DNA from: Octopus bimaculoides
Taxonomy: Eukaryota
Direction: 5' to 3'
DNA length: 64,000 bases
Assembly: GCF_001194135.2 (NCBI RefSeq)
Contig: NC_068984.1
Span: forward strand, 119,046,285 to 119,110,284
Under the pieces are notes generated by a model that searched no databases, was not told the DNA's origin, and saw nothing but the letters and a program-made list of their open reading frames with translations. Each line of letters begins with the position of its first letter. The stretch's first letter is position 1. The position numbers were made by a program, and so were the translations under genes. This document shows positions 24,281-37,092 of the stretch, in pieces.

Positions 24281-27200
24281 TTCACTAACTAACTTTACCC
24301 ATGTATTCCTACTGTATGTCTGCTTTATTGTTAAATCCCACAAAAACTATGACAAGTTAGAAAGTATAAATTATTCAAAATTAAAATAGACTAAGCAAGC
24401 CAGTGCTGGTATGTACAAAGTATGTCATTTGGACCATATATCTATAACCACATTCTTACTGAAACCATTTTTTTAAATGAAAACCAGCAGTATTCTAAGT
24501 TTATTGACCAGACAGTGTGCCGATTACAAGTACAGAAAAATTTTAGCATGTAAACTATTTCTTTAAGATAACCACATTACATCCTCAAGAACACATGAAC
24601 TTACTACATCCTCAGCATGTTACTCAATGTTGAACTCTGGTATGAGAGCATCGAGACTTAAACCATCTCACTCAAAATGACAGTATCACAACTTAGACAA
24701 ATAGCTTGCCATCTTCATCAGTTTTAAATAAAAACAAATTGGTCAAATCTAGTTCTCTGAGGACAAGTGATCAATTTCCAAAAAAAGAGCATAAGAACCT
24801 TCAGATAAATTCAACTGATCTCAATAAAAACTCACTTTCTTGTACAGAGAAAACAATGGAAAACTACAGTAATATGTTAGCAGTCAGGTGTAAAGAAGTT
24901 GAGAATAGTGACACATGTACTGAATTTAAGCATTAAAAGGTATGCAGATTTGAAGTTGAGTTTTTAAGAATGTTAGATTTAACAATCTTTTATGTAGTTC
25001 ATAATAGAATTAAAATATAAATAGAAGTTGAAATAACAGTTAATAGCTGCAAACTAAACAAAAAAAAATTTATTCAATATATAGGTAAAGAATACCATAT
25101 AGATATTTATCAATAATAATTGAAGCAAAACATGTCTCAATGGTAATTGTTTTTAGGGTATCTACTTTCTGTCTGGCCAATTTCTTAGGCAGAGCCTAGA
25201 AACCTGGTCTGTCCTGCTTTTCCATTGCAGCTGACATTATATACAATCATAGAATAGATGCATATATCCACATACTCAAGGAATGTATCTGCTTTAGCTG
25301 CAACTAGTGAAGGTACCACAAATGGAAGTGGAGAAGAGAAAAATTACCATCAAAAGAGAGAGGATGGTTGTGGGGAATATCATTACTGAGGACAATTAAT
25401 TCAGTTGCAGTAAAATTTGAAATTCTTTTTAAAATACAGAAGAATAATGAAAATATGTAAATTTAATTTCCATCTGTTCATAACAAGATGTAATAGTGAG
25501 GAATTCAACCACTTTAAAACATTTAGAAGATAACTTGTGGCTATCAGTGAAAAGTGAATGTAAAAGACAAAATACAAATGAAGTCAGCATTTCACTATAG
25601 AGCCAGTACACAAATCATTTAACCATATTTAATTCAGTTCTTTACGTTTCTGCTTTCAAATCTCACAGTAGTTTGCCAGAGTTGAATTGACTAACTTTAT
25701 ATCACATAAAAGCAGTGTGCCCCAAAGTCTTGCATTATCTACACTATCTATAAGAAAAATTTCACAACTAAAAATAGTTTCATTACTAATCAGTAATGAA
25801 ACTATTAGTAAGATAGAATTGCTGATTTAACAGAGGAAGAGACATAAACAAACTGTATGAGTCAAGACTAGACACAATGATCAGCAATTCTATTACAACT
25901 TTAACTGGTAGAATAAATAAGGCAGATCAGGATAAGGGACAAACTAGTCTTATCAGAGATGGAACTAAGTACTGTGAGATAACAAACCACTTGTTATGCT
26001 GTATGATTAGCAGTATGCCAAAAAATGTTTCTTTCATATTCAGTTTTCAATGACACAAGTAAACAGAAGAAAATAGGAAAGTTCAAGATCTTACATAGAG
26101 AATAGAATACAGCAAGAATGATGGAATTTGACCCCTTCATATATAGCAATAAAACTTTCCTGCAGAAAATCATTGTTTCTAACATACACCTAATGTAAGC
26201 CAGTGGATTGCATCTTGTTTCATCAACTTCCTGAAGCAAAAAAGGCAATGTTGACCTTCATACAATGTTTTCAGAATATACAAGTATTCCATTCAGTTCA
26301 TTGCTCAAATTCCAATGATAGTTATTGATAGCAGTGATAATATGAAGTTAAGTAGAGCATTTGTATAAAAGAATACCAAGATCAGGAAGAAGGCTTCAAT
26401 TCAACTACATTGCCCTATCACTTAACTGAGATAATAAAAAAAAATTCTAATAGGATTTTTAAATTCTAGATCAATAGTTCCCATCATACAGTGTGATGCC
26501 ACTTGATGCTGTGAAACAATCTATGTCTTATAAACAGTGGTAAACGATTTTTAAGTTAAACCTTTCGATATCTGTCTGCTCTGAACTGCCTGATTATCAG
26601 ACAAATCTACTTGTTTTAAAGCATTCATTTAAAAATTCTTCTGTTCACATCTATTCCAAACATCAAATGAAAAAGTCATTTTCTAAATTTCCCCTAATTC
26701 ATATTTTCAGAATTAATTTGGAATCTGGACAACTCCTGTCAAACAGTTCAACCCATGCCAGCATGGAAAATGGATGTTCAACAATGATGACAATTGAATG
26801 CATTCACTGCATTTTGTAAGAAATGGTTATGAAACGTACATTTGATAAATACATGTGTGTCCACACTCACTCTTCTTGCCAGCAGTTGTCATTGTTATTG
26901 ATAATTGAAGGTGATTAACAAAAATAAAACATTTATCTGAATTAAATATCCAGATGATGTAAAAGTTATAACTTTAAACTCGGGAAACCTTTAGTATACA
27001 CAATATTGGCAACGTTTCTTGACATTACCATATTGGCAGCAACCTATACAGTTCTTGTCAAAGCAATATATTCAATAAACCATGCATAGATAGATCATCT
27101 GGGGGGGAAAAACCCTACTTGATTGAAATGGAGATATATTGACAATCATTGCAAAAGCTACCCAGTCACAAAACTGTTATATAGCTAAATGAATGTGGTA

Positions 27201-27989
27201 TCTGACTAATTCTTGGTACAACACATTTCCCAAAATATAACAAAATCATCTTCCAACACAAGTTTACATCAATGGGTTATTCAAATTCTTATTCCATGAC
27301 AAAGCCTTCTTTTAATTTCTAAACAGTGTTATAGAACATCTCCTTTTCGATTACTTTGGCACACCAAAGTTACAACTGCTTAGAAATTGCATTGGATAAC
27401 TGTACAGATTGACTTTGTCATTGGTTTGTGTAGTTTCAAACTTAACAAGGTCATTGAATCTTGTTACATGACCTTCACCATTGTGAGAAAGTCTTCATGG
27501 GGGACAGGATGACGCTGGGTGGATTTGCAAACTGGCAAACAGAAGATGCCTGAGAGGTTGTGGTAGAGTATCCCTTCTGGTACCTCAAGAGATTATGTGC
27601 ACAAAAGGATGCCAAGTACTAGTGCATGTAGCAGCTATCTTTACTTTTCATGATGTTCTCATCTCTCAATATTGGTTTGAATTTAATTACTGCAATGGCG
27701 TGGATCTTACAAGGATTTCAGGTTTTGATCTTTTATCATTAATAATTGTTGCCAGGTACTTGAACTTCTGCACTACCTCTAGTTAACCACGGGCCTACTG
27801 ACTACTGATATAGAATAGCCAAACCTGACCACAGAGGTTGCAAGAGAAAATTTTGTTAAGAGTTGGTATTAGGATTTGTGATGGTTTTTCCTCCAAGTCA
27901 GCAACAGAAAAGTAGACGATATAAGAATGAAGAGAATAATCATGGATCCACTGGTTTGCAATGTCAATTTGAATACAAAGGGTAAATGC

Positions 27990-28800
27990 AAATGCATCAA
28001 GAAAGTGATCTTAGGTTAAGACCAGGTTTGAATGCATACAATAGAGTGAACTGCTAAAAGCACCAAACAGTAATGGTTGTTGAAGTGGGCAACAGATTAG
28101 TTCAAGGGAAAGATGTTTGAGTAAAGTTTTAGTACAGGGTCTGGGAGATGAACACTGATAAGAGAAGCAAGTGTGCTGGGTGGGTTTAGGCAAAGGCGCT
28201 ATGTAGCAACTTGGTTCAAAGGAGCAGAGACAATTATATTAGCTGTAGATGTAGTAAGAAGAAACAGTACATCATGAAGCAATAATGCTGTGCTGTTGAT
28301 TCATTGCCAATTAACCAATTACTATTTTTTGGACAAAGTCAAGGATGCTTGTACGAGTTGCTTCAGTGCCATCACAGATATTTGAACAAAACTCTTATGT
28401 GAGTTCTTTCTTGAGCACTGAGAAGGGTCAGCAATTGAATAGGGCTGAAACACTTTCTAAGTCTGAAGAGGAAGACTCATTCTTTGAGATGTTTTTAGAA
28501 ATGCTACAGATGTGAGGTCACCTTCACAGATCAGAGTTGCAGAGATTTAGAAGTTTCTAGTTTTGAGTTCATGTGTAAAGAGAGTATGGTGTAAAACGAT
28601 TTTATTGTGGTGCCAATAAAGGAAGCTAGACTATCACGACTTTGGCAACCTTGCTCCTTCATCAGTTTCCAAAGGTAGATATTTTTGAGGTCTTTGTTTA
28701 TGGAAGTTGTGCACGTTTGGTATGAACTATCTTAATTGCATGTAAATAATGCTTGTGAGCGTGGAAAGTTAACAGAAATATAGAGTTGCAATATCATAGA
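27990..28800 (-). mobile_element. CR1-type LINE RT C-terminal fragment
   Basis: LFRLRKCFSPIQLLTL...ILDFVQK remnants; same family as 43780-44330. Confidence 0.65.
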
Positions 28801-29621
28801 CAAACACTTAGTTTTGAAATAAAATAGCCCAAAAGTAATTTAGGCCAAGCAATTGACATAACTGACAGAAACACAACTTGCTCAGTGACTTCTTAAACTT
28901 CACAACACAATAGTGACAGCTTGTATGATTTTAATTTCGCAAAATACTAAACAGCTAACATAAAGAGACAAGAATATTACTGAATAAATATATTTGATTC
29001 ACATGGTTAAATCATAAATTTCTTTGACTTGTTGAATAGCAATCCACTCTTTGACTCATCACAAGACATCGCTATAACTTCATCTTACACATTCAGCTTA
29101 AGTAACCTAGATAGTAATTAATGCTTTGAAAAACAAACTGCTAAATGAGAAAAATTAAGGTACTTTTGTTGAGGTCACAATCATAAATAGAAGTCAATAT
29201 GGTCTATTAAGCCTAACATGTATAAACTACAAGGAAAATAACTATTCTGAAATCAATATTAAACGTTATCCACCAAGGATTAAAAAATTACAAATGCACT
29301 TAACTGATGCTAAAGTATTTAATCCTGATATACAATATATATCAAATTTAACATCTGTTTCCTGTGCTGGCATGGGTTGGACTATATACTATTTGATTGA
29401 AACAGCCAGGATTTTTCTCGGTCAAAAACCTCCAAAACTTCTATGTAGTAATTCAGTCTACCAATGTAGCAGTTAAAAATCACGATTTAAAAAAAAAAAG
29501 AAAAAAAAAATCACCCTAAACTATTAAGACATCAATATACATAGAAGCAGAACATAAAAGCTGACTAAACAAACTTCATTTTACAACAAAAACAAGGCAG
29601 ATTTATCTGCAGAACCTATAA

Positions 29622-31548
29622 CACAGATCTGCGACCATAAAATTGTTCCACATTTATCGGATGAAACTGATCAATTTTTACCTGCTGATTTCGAAAATTA
29701 CAAAGAAATTATCCTATCACATACAGTTTCATCACAAAATCAATCATCGCATTTTACTGTTATGCCCAAATTTGACTACTGTCTTTTATTATTACTATTA
29801 ATTGCCATAATTAAATAGACTATAACAGTGTAACTAATAGGCATAATTTTGAAAAATAAGCATCTGGCAACATTTAGATCACTTCAGCCACATAGAGGTG
29901 CCTGCATCACTGTAGCTTCAGTCACCCGCAAGCAGTGAGGAGAGAAAGATGCGCTTTAAAAGGTCACATTGCTTAGGTTAAAACATTCTTTCTTATATTT
30001 CAGTTATTTCCTCATGCCATTTCCCCTGCATATTTACTAAGTAGATTGCTTTATTGTATTAGATGTTACATTTCAATGCATCTTTAATGATATTATGCAA
30101 ACATTTAGATGGTAAATCAAGAAATAGCAATGACAATGAAGACTTCAAGAACAGTGACGGTGAAGAACTTCACCTATTTGACCACTGTGAATTAAATGAT
30201 CTAATGGGGACTTAGGGTTCTCAAAGGAGTCAGCAAAGCTTTTAAGTCCCAGGCTTAAATCTCAAATTCTTTTAGCTCCTCATGGATCATTCTATTGCCA
30301 TCGTAACCCTAGAAAGGAATCTGTTCCTAATTTCACTCAAGAAAATGATTTGGTTTATTGTACAGAGCCCTCAAGAGTATCAGGAAAATTTGGAGACTTT
30401 ATTGACTCTTCAAAGAGAAAGTCTTAAAGTTGTTCTGCATAACAGTAATAAGTATACTTTCATCTCTGTTTGACACTTAGTGATCATGAAGGAAACACGA
30501 AAATTTGGTGTCACTCTTACACAAGATGATTTGCAGGGACTTGAAAATAATTTGCATGTTGCTCAAACAACAGCCAGGTTACACAAAGTTTCCTTGTTTC
30601 TTGTGTAATTGGGACAGTAGAGCCAGGAACCTCCAGTGGTCTAAAAACGAATGGCCAACTAAGATTATGCTTACACTAGGAACAAAGAATATCTTTCAAG
30701 AAAGTTTGGTTGACCCAAAAAGGGTTCTTTTGCCTCCTCTACATAAAAAATTTAGCCTCATGAAGCAATTCATTTAAAGCTTTGCCACAGGATGGAGAGG
30801 GTTTCAGGTATTTGCATAGCAAGTTTCCTGCTCTGTCAATATGCCAAAGTTGAAGCGGATGTATTTGTAGGACCAGATATAAGGAAACTCATGAAGGATG
30901 ACAATTTTAAAAACTCTCTCACGGATTCTGAAAAAGACGTATGGATTACTTTTAAAGATGTGAAGAAGAACTCTTTGGATAATCACAAGGAATCATTGTG
31001 GGAAGAATACTGAAAATGAGCATTAAAGATCATTTCCTACATGCCCATTTGGATTTCTTACTGGAAAATCTGGGGGGTGTGAGTGAGAAGCATGGGGAAA
31101 AGCTTCATCAAAACATAAAGATCGAAAGATATAAGGGAAAATGGAATGTCAGTATGATGGCCAACTACTACTGGGTGTTGCACCGCGAATGTCCTTTAAA
31201 TGCTCACAAATGAAAGAGTTCCAAGAATAGTTTCTAAAAGAAGAGATTTTGAAGAGCTGAACATAAAAAATGAATGGAACCCTTGCAAAAATTTATTTTC
31301 TCACCTTTCAATTGCATTTGTGCCATTTTATTTTGCTAAATAAAGCACTGAATTCATTTTTATTAGTCTCATTTTGTCCTACCACATGTGGATTTACCTA
31401 CAAATTATGGCATATTTTATCATTAAATTGTCAGAAAACTTTGGGTAATGGGAAAGAGCTTTTTTAATATTTAGAATTAGCACCACAAATTTATATAAAT
31501 TAATGAAATTATATCAAAACGATTTTCAAAACGTTTCACAGATCTGTG
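29622..31548 (+). mobile_element. Chapaev3-type (CMC) DNA transposon, ends intact, transposase disrupted
   Basis: TIRs CACAGATCTGCGA / TCACAGATCTGTG (CAC...GTG) with TAA on both flanks (29619-29621 and 31549-31551). Transposase remnants: CELNDL, GYTKFPCFLCNWDSRA, LVDPKRVLLPPLH, FVGPDIRKLM, HFLHAHLDF..ENLGGVSEKHGEKLHQ..RYKGKWNVSMMANYYW. Confidence 0.88.
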
Positions 31549-32086
31549 TAATTATAAACTATAAAATGGTATCAGCACAATACACAAACAGCACTTTCCT
31601 CACTGAATACTAGAAATACTAGAAAAGAAAATGGTAATAAATATCCATTTTAGTTGANNNNNNNNNNNNNNNNNNNNNNNNNNNNNNNNNNNNNNNNNNN
31701 NNNNNNNNNNNNNNNNNNNNNNNNNNNNNNNNNNNNNNNNNNNNNNNNNNNNNNNNNNNNNNNNNNNNNNNNNNNNNNNNNNNNNNNNNNNNNNNNNNNN
31801 NNNNNNNNNNNNNNNNNNNNNNNNNNNNNNNNNNNNNNNNNNNNNNNNNNNNNNNNNNNNNNNNNNNNNNNNNNNNNNNNNNNNNNNNNNNNNNNNNNNN
31901 NNNNNNNNNNNNNNNNNNNNNNNNNNNNNNNNNNNNNNNNNNNNNNNNNNNNNNNNNNNNNNNNNNNNNNNNNNNNNNNNNNNNNNNNNNNNNNNNNNNN
32001 NNNNNNNNNNNNNNNNNNNNNNNNNNNNNNNNNNNNNNNNNNNNNNNNNNNNNNNNNNNNNNNNNNNNNNNNNNNNNNNNNNNNNN

Positions 32087-32364
32087 GGTCAAACGGCTGG
32101 ACCGATGGTCACGATGTTTTCAGGATTACAAAGGAGGTAATCAGGAACGTTTTTAGCAAAAAAAAAAATGTAAAAAAGTATGATTATTTAGTGGATACTG
32201 AGTTTTGTATTAATAAATCACCTTTGATTTTTTTTTTTTTTTGGTTAAAATTCCAGTGATGAAGATTAACTCAGGATTTCCCTCCTGTATAGTTCTTGAA
32301 TTTAGAGGGTTTAGATTTGCGATACTATCCCTTTATTTCCCATCCTAGATGGGCAGATTTGCTA
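32087..32364 (+). mobile_element. Short non-autonomous Helitron (5' end in the gap)
   Basis: Body matches 32410-32550; ends in hairpin CCCATC-CTA-GATGGG followed by CAGATTTGCTA. Confidence 0.65.
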
Positions 32365-33472
32365 TCTTACTATAATGGGTGTTATGTCCATCTGTCTGTC
32401 TCTTTGTTCCCTCTTCACAGCCAGATGGCTGGACTAATGGTTATATTTTTCGGAATTAAGAAGACAGTTGTCAGGAAGGTTTTTAGCATTAAAAAATCAG
32501 AAAGTATGATTATTTCATGAATATTGATTTTTTAACTAGTAAACCACCTTCGCATTTTTATTAAAAATTCACCGACCACAAGTAACTCTGGATTTTCATC
32601 ATATACTTCATAGCCCCATCGTAGATACAAAGGGAGGGCGTGAGGATGGTTAATAGCAAAAATAAAATAGAAAAAGTGTGTCAGTATATAGTGTGCATGA
32701 TTATTTAGTGGTTATTGAAGTGTGTCAGCCTCTAGCAGGATTCGAAACAGCTAACTGAAGCAGCTGTTGTTTACATCTCAGTTTTGTCAATCAAAATAAT
32801 CCATAGTACCAGAACATCCAAACATTATTCGCATAGAACAGTGAGCGGTAAGTCTTAGTCTGATTTTTTGCAACCCTAAAGATTCCGCTCACACATTCAC
32901 AGCAAACAAGGCACAGGGTCAGACTTTAGATTGCATAGGTGTATTTTTACCCACTCCGATGTTTACGCATGGCCAATTGTATGTCGCTATGAGTAGAGCA
33001 ACAAACTCCAGTAATTTGAAAATTAGTGTCAACCAAACAGAAAATATTATCTACAAAGAAATTTTGTAATCGTATTGATATTATAAAAAGGAATAGAATT
33101 CATAATTTAAATAAGGAAATTTGTGAACTTGGAATGTATAAAAATATAAACAAGTGTAAAATAGTGTAACCAACTGAAATAAAATATATCTAAATAACTT
33201 TTTATGTAGTGGTCGAAGGAAAGTCTGGCTTTCATTAGGAGTGGTCCACATAACCATTCATGACACAGAGGCTGGGAGCCCATTTCAGTTCGGGAGTGAA
33301 TCGTCATCACATCACTTGGTCGCAAACACATCATATAGCTGCAATAGAATGCTCTATTACCAACAATCACTCAGTAATCTATCAAGTTCATTTACACATT
33401 TCTCAATACATATGCTGTTATGACTTCTCTCTCTCATTTTATGCCTCTATCATAGGTAGATAGATTTGCTAG
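32365..33472 (+). mobile_element. Helitron deletion derivative carrying the Rep/Hel helicase C-terminus
   Basis: 5' TC (TCTTACTATAAT); 3' hairpin plus CTAG followed by T. 32896-33069 reads FTANKAQGQTLDCIGVFLPTPMFTHGQLYVAMSRAT...ENIIYKEIL*, the PIF1-type helicase end typical of Helitrons. Confidence 0.88.
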
Positions 33473-34499
33473 TAGGTAAAATCCTAAGAAGCACCAATCA
33501 TTTATCCACAAGAAGAAATTTTAGATATCCATACTGAGCTATTTGATCCTGAAGAAATGTTAATAAGTCGGGTATCAATGTAAGATGGGTATCAAATCTT
33601 TTGTATATGAACCATGTTAGAATACCTTTGACAGAAAACTTATTCAGGCGCAAAGAGCCTTTTATGGACTTATACCAAGAATCAAAAGCATTCCAACCAT
33701 GACCATCACATTAGATGGTAGGGTTGATCTGGCTGCTAATTCTAATAGGTCAAGCGATTTACATAAACTCTTTTCTTAGCTCAAAAACACTGGTGTTGCA
33801 TACCAAGTTTATAATATAATTTTCAAAAGTAAACTGATTAGTTAAAATATCCACAACTAAAAATTAGCAACTGATTTTTAAATCATTATTAGATGGCAAA
33901 AGATTAAACTGGATTTAAAAGCATGTGACATTTGATTATAAGCATTATTTGGAAAATCACATCACTGAAATTTAGAACAATCATTAAAGATACTAAATTC
34001 CTTAGAGTGTGTGTGTGTGTATATGTGCAATTGAACATCTACAGGTTAGAGAGTCATAAAAGAGTTTATAGCCAAGATGTATAAGGAAGTATGTCAAAAA
34101 GCATTAAAAATAATCCTACACACACAAAGGTAAATTGGCAGGCTCATAAGAGCATCACATAATATGCCTTGCAGTATTTTTGTTCTGTGTTTTCAGATCT
34201 AATCATACCATGCTCAGCTTTGCTATTCATTCTTTTAGGGTTGATAAAAAAAAAGTACCAAACCAAAGCAGTGTACTGGCAAAACTAAGAATGTCAAACA
34301 TGCCTTCCAGTATTTGTTCTGACATTTTCCTTTTTAGTTAAATTCTACCTAAAAGGATTCCTTACAAACTCTGAGGCCTAACATGGCAACTCCTCAAAAA
34401 TAAATGCCAGTACTAAATAGATGGTGCTGTATAGAGTCAAAAGCAAGAATCCTCCAAATGGAGCAACATATACCCAGGTGAGTAAATGTGTGCATTTAT

Positions 34500-35745
34500 A
34501 TAGGTGTGACAGTGTGGTTGAGAAGCTGGTTTCCCAATCATATGGTCTTGGGTTCAGTCCTGCTGTGTGGCACTTTGGGCAAGTGTCTTCTGTAGCTCTG
34601 GGTCAATCAAAGCCCATCATATTCATATATATATTGGGTTGGCAACTAAGTTACCGCTGTTTTTTTTTTAATTTTGGAATTTGTTGCGTTTTTAAATTTT
34701 GCACAAAAATTCTCGTCAAACGACAAGGGAACTGGCAGAGAAAATGGAATGCTCCCACATTGCTATAGAGAAGAATCTTCACTCGATGGGAAAGGTTCAG
34801 AAGTATGGAGTATAGGTTTCACATGCTTTAAGTGACCAATGAGCCACAATCTCCACTGGTTTGCTTGCTCATCACCGCTCAACTCATGGACAAAAGTAAC
34901 GATTTCTTTACCGAATCGGTTCTAGTGACGAAAAATGGCGCCTGTACATCTAATATGAAGCAGCATAAGGAATGGCCTAGCCCCGGTAAACAAGCGACGC
35001 CGCACGTGAAACAAGATCTTCATCCACGTAAAATAATGTTGTGCGTATGGTGGGACTGGGAAGGGATTATCCATTATGAATTGCTTGAACAGAACCAAAC
35101 GGTCAACGCGGAACTATGTTCAATAGATGGAATGACTCAACACGGCTATTCAAGAGAGAAGACCTAATCGTCAGCATGGAGTTCTTCTGCTGCACGACAA
35201 CGCCCACCCTCATATCTCCAATATGACCAAGGAAGCCATTCGAACGCACGGCTGGGAAGTGCTGCCACATCTGCTGTACTCTCCTGATTTGGCACCAACG
35301 GATTTCCACCTCTTTCGATCTCTTTCAAATGCTATGTGCGGAGTTTCGTTCAATATTGATGCAGAATTGAGAGCTTGGTTGGATCAATTTTTCGAGTCAA
35401 AATCGGGTGATTTCTATCAATGAGGTATTGAAAATCTTGTTAAATGTTGAGAAGAAGTTATAAACAACAAGGGTGAATACATTATTGATTAATTAGTTGT
35501 TATTTTTTTTATTAAACCTTTTAAAAAATTGAAATTTAAAAAAACCACGGGAATTTAGTTACCAACCCAATATATACATATATATGCATGTTCATTTCCT
35601 ATCATCCATGAAAAGCATGTCTACAGGAAAATATTACCTTGCTTGGAAACGGGTGAGAGTTGGTGACAGGAAGGGCATCTCCCTCAACAAATTCCATCTG
35701 ACCCATGCAAGCATGGAAAAGTGAGGGTTATATGGTGATGATTGA
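34500..35745 (+). mobile_element. SINE family B split by a mariner insertion
   Basis: Head at 34500-34633; tail at 35571-35745 (GGAAATATTACCTTGCTTGGAAAC...CCCATGCAAGCATGGAAAA). Confidence 0.75.
34634..35570 (+). mobile_element. Mariner (DD34D) transposon, 5'-internally deleted, pseudogenised
   Basis: TIRs TTGGGTTGGCAACTAAG / TTAGTTACCAACCCAA with TA flanks. Remnants RQTTRELAEKM, SDEKW, KIMLCVWWDWEGIIHYELL, LLHDNARPH, YSPDLAPTDFHLFRSL. Confidence 0.95.
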
Positions 35746-36297
35746 AGTGAGTGTGATGAATGTGTGTGAAATCTTATATTACTTATAATCCCAAAGGGTG
35801 TACTTAGTTATAGATGCTAGTGTAGCCTAATAAAGATTTAATACTTAAAAGGAAAAAAAAAAAACAAGAAAGATTAACATAAATCCATAACTGAGGCTAT
35901 CATTTCAATTGAAAGATTAATCTGAAATGTTTTAAAATCATCCTCTGAGTTAATAAATAACTCAAGCCTAATATCATCTTGCAATTGGCACTCACTATAA
36001 AGATCTCATTCAAGGTTACTCTAAAGACCTCTTACAAGGTTATTGATTTACTGAATCTGACAGAAGAGAAAAAAAAAACATGAAAATAGTCCGATTTAAT
36101 AACCAATCAAGACAGTTTTACTTTTAATTGCAAACCAAATACTAAATAGGACTAATCTTGATGCACACCATCTACCATTTAGTTATGCAATTGGAATAAG
36201 TATTTTACACAATATTAATCAAAAAAATTAAAGCAAGCAAAGATTTCTCTACATTCACAATCAGTATTTATTCAAATGCGTTTTGTATAATTATTAA

Positions 36298-36513
36298 CTC
36301 TTTAACATTCAGATTTTTTTGTCGAATGTAATGCTTATTTATTCACATCGTTTTGAATTAATCACACATCTTCTAGCTTCAAGATTTCAATGGTGTTTGT
36401 ATATTTTTGGAATGACATTGAAGGGTAGGTGTGAGAGGTTGGATCTGGTCAGTTTTAATATAAAAACAGGTAGAATATTTGGGACAGATATAGCTGGACT
36501 AAATCTGAAAGGG
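36298..36513 (+). mobile_element. TTAA-flanked piggyBac-type MITE
   Basis: TTAA at 36294-36297 and 36514-36517; ends CTCTTTAACATT...CTGAAAGGG. Confidence 0.8.
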
Positions 36514-36754
36514 TTAATTAAACCAGCAATATCTTAGCAAAACTGTATTGCTGCATGTCAATATATTGCATTTTATTTCCTCTCCAATAAACTTACTTTT
36601 TATTTAATATACATCCTAAAAATAACTCCCTATAAAAAAAATATTCAGAGTGGTGGTTTGGAGGAAATTAGTTTAGTAATACATTCATCATTTTGATGTC
36701 CAATTTTTCTATGCTTTCAGAGCTCAGACAGAGTTTATCAACTGTGATTTTCTA

Positions 36755-36906
36755 TTGTTAAATGCTCTTCTTGTCACCAACCCTCACTTATTTCCAAGTA
36801 AGGTAATATTTCCCAATGGCCAGGCATGTTTATGTAGAATATTGAAAAAGAGCAACACTACTTGCATGAGTGACATAACTATCATTGATGTCAAGATAAG
36901 GACACT

Positions 36907-36938
<32 letters not shown>

Positions 36939-37092
36939 ACAGGCTTCATTCACTTTCTGTCTTCCAAATCCACTCACAAGGATTCGATTGGCCCAGAGCC
37001 ATAGAAGACCTGTTCAAGGTGCCACACAGTAGGACAGAACCTGAAAACCATGTAGTTGAGAAGCAAACTTCTTAAACATACAACCATTCCTG
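36755..37092 (-). mobile_element. SINE family B
   Basis: Head and tail match the reverse complement of 34500/35571 and 45793-46465; internal (CA)n. Confidence 0.75.

Noticed and set aside
24706-24936. 76-aa Ser/Lys-rich plus-strand ORF
   Set aside because: No splice context, no homology recognised, and antisense to VAP.
25429-25611. ORF containing FTD...CFKV, superficially like VAP exon 2
   Set aside because: Spacing and flanking residues do not match PFTDVVT...CFKVKTTAP; coincidence.
36003-36061. Strong minus-strand acceptor (T10 CTCTTCTGTCAG) with GTAAGA or GTGAGT donors downstream
   Set aside because: The longer exon has stops in all frames and the shorter one is out of phase with exon 1; cannot be supported without RNA data.
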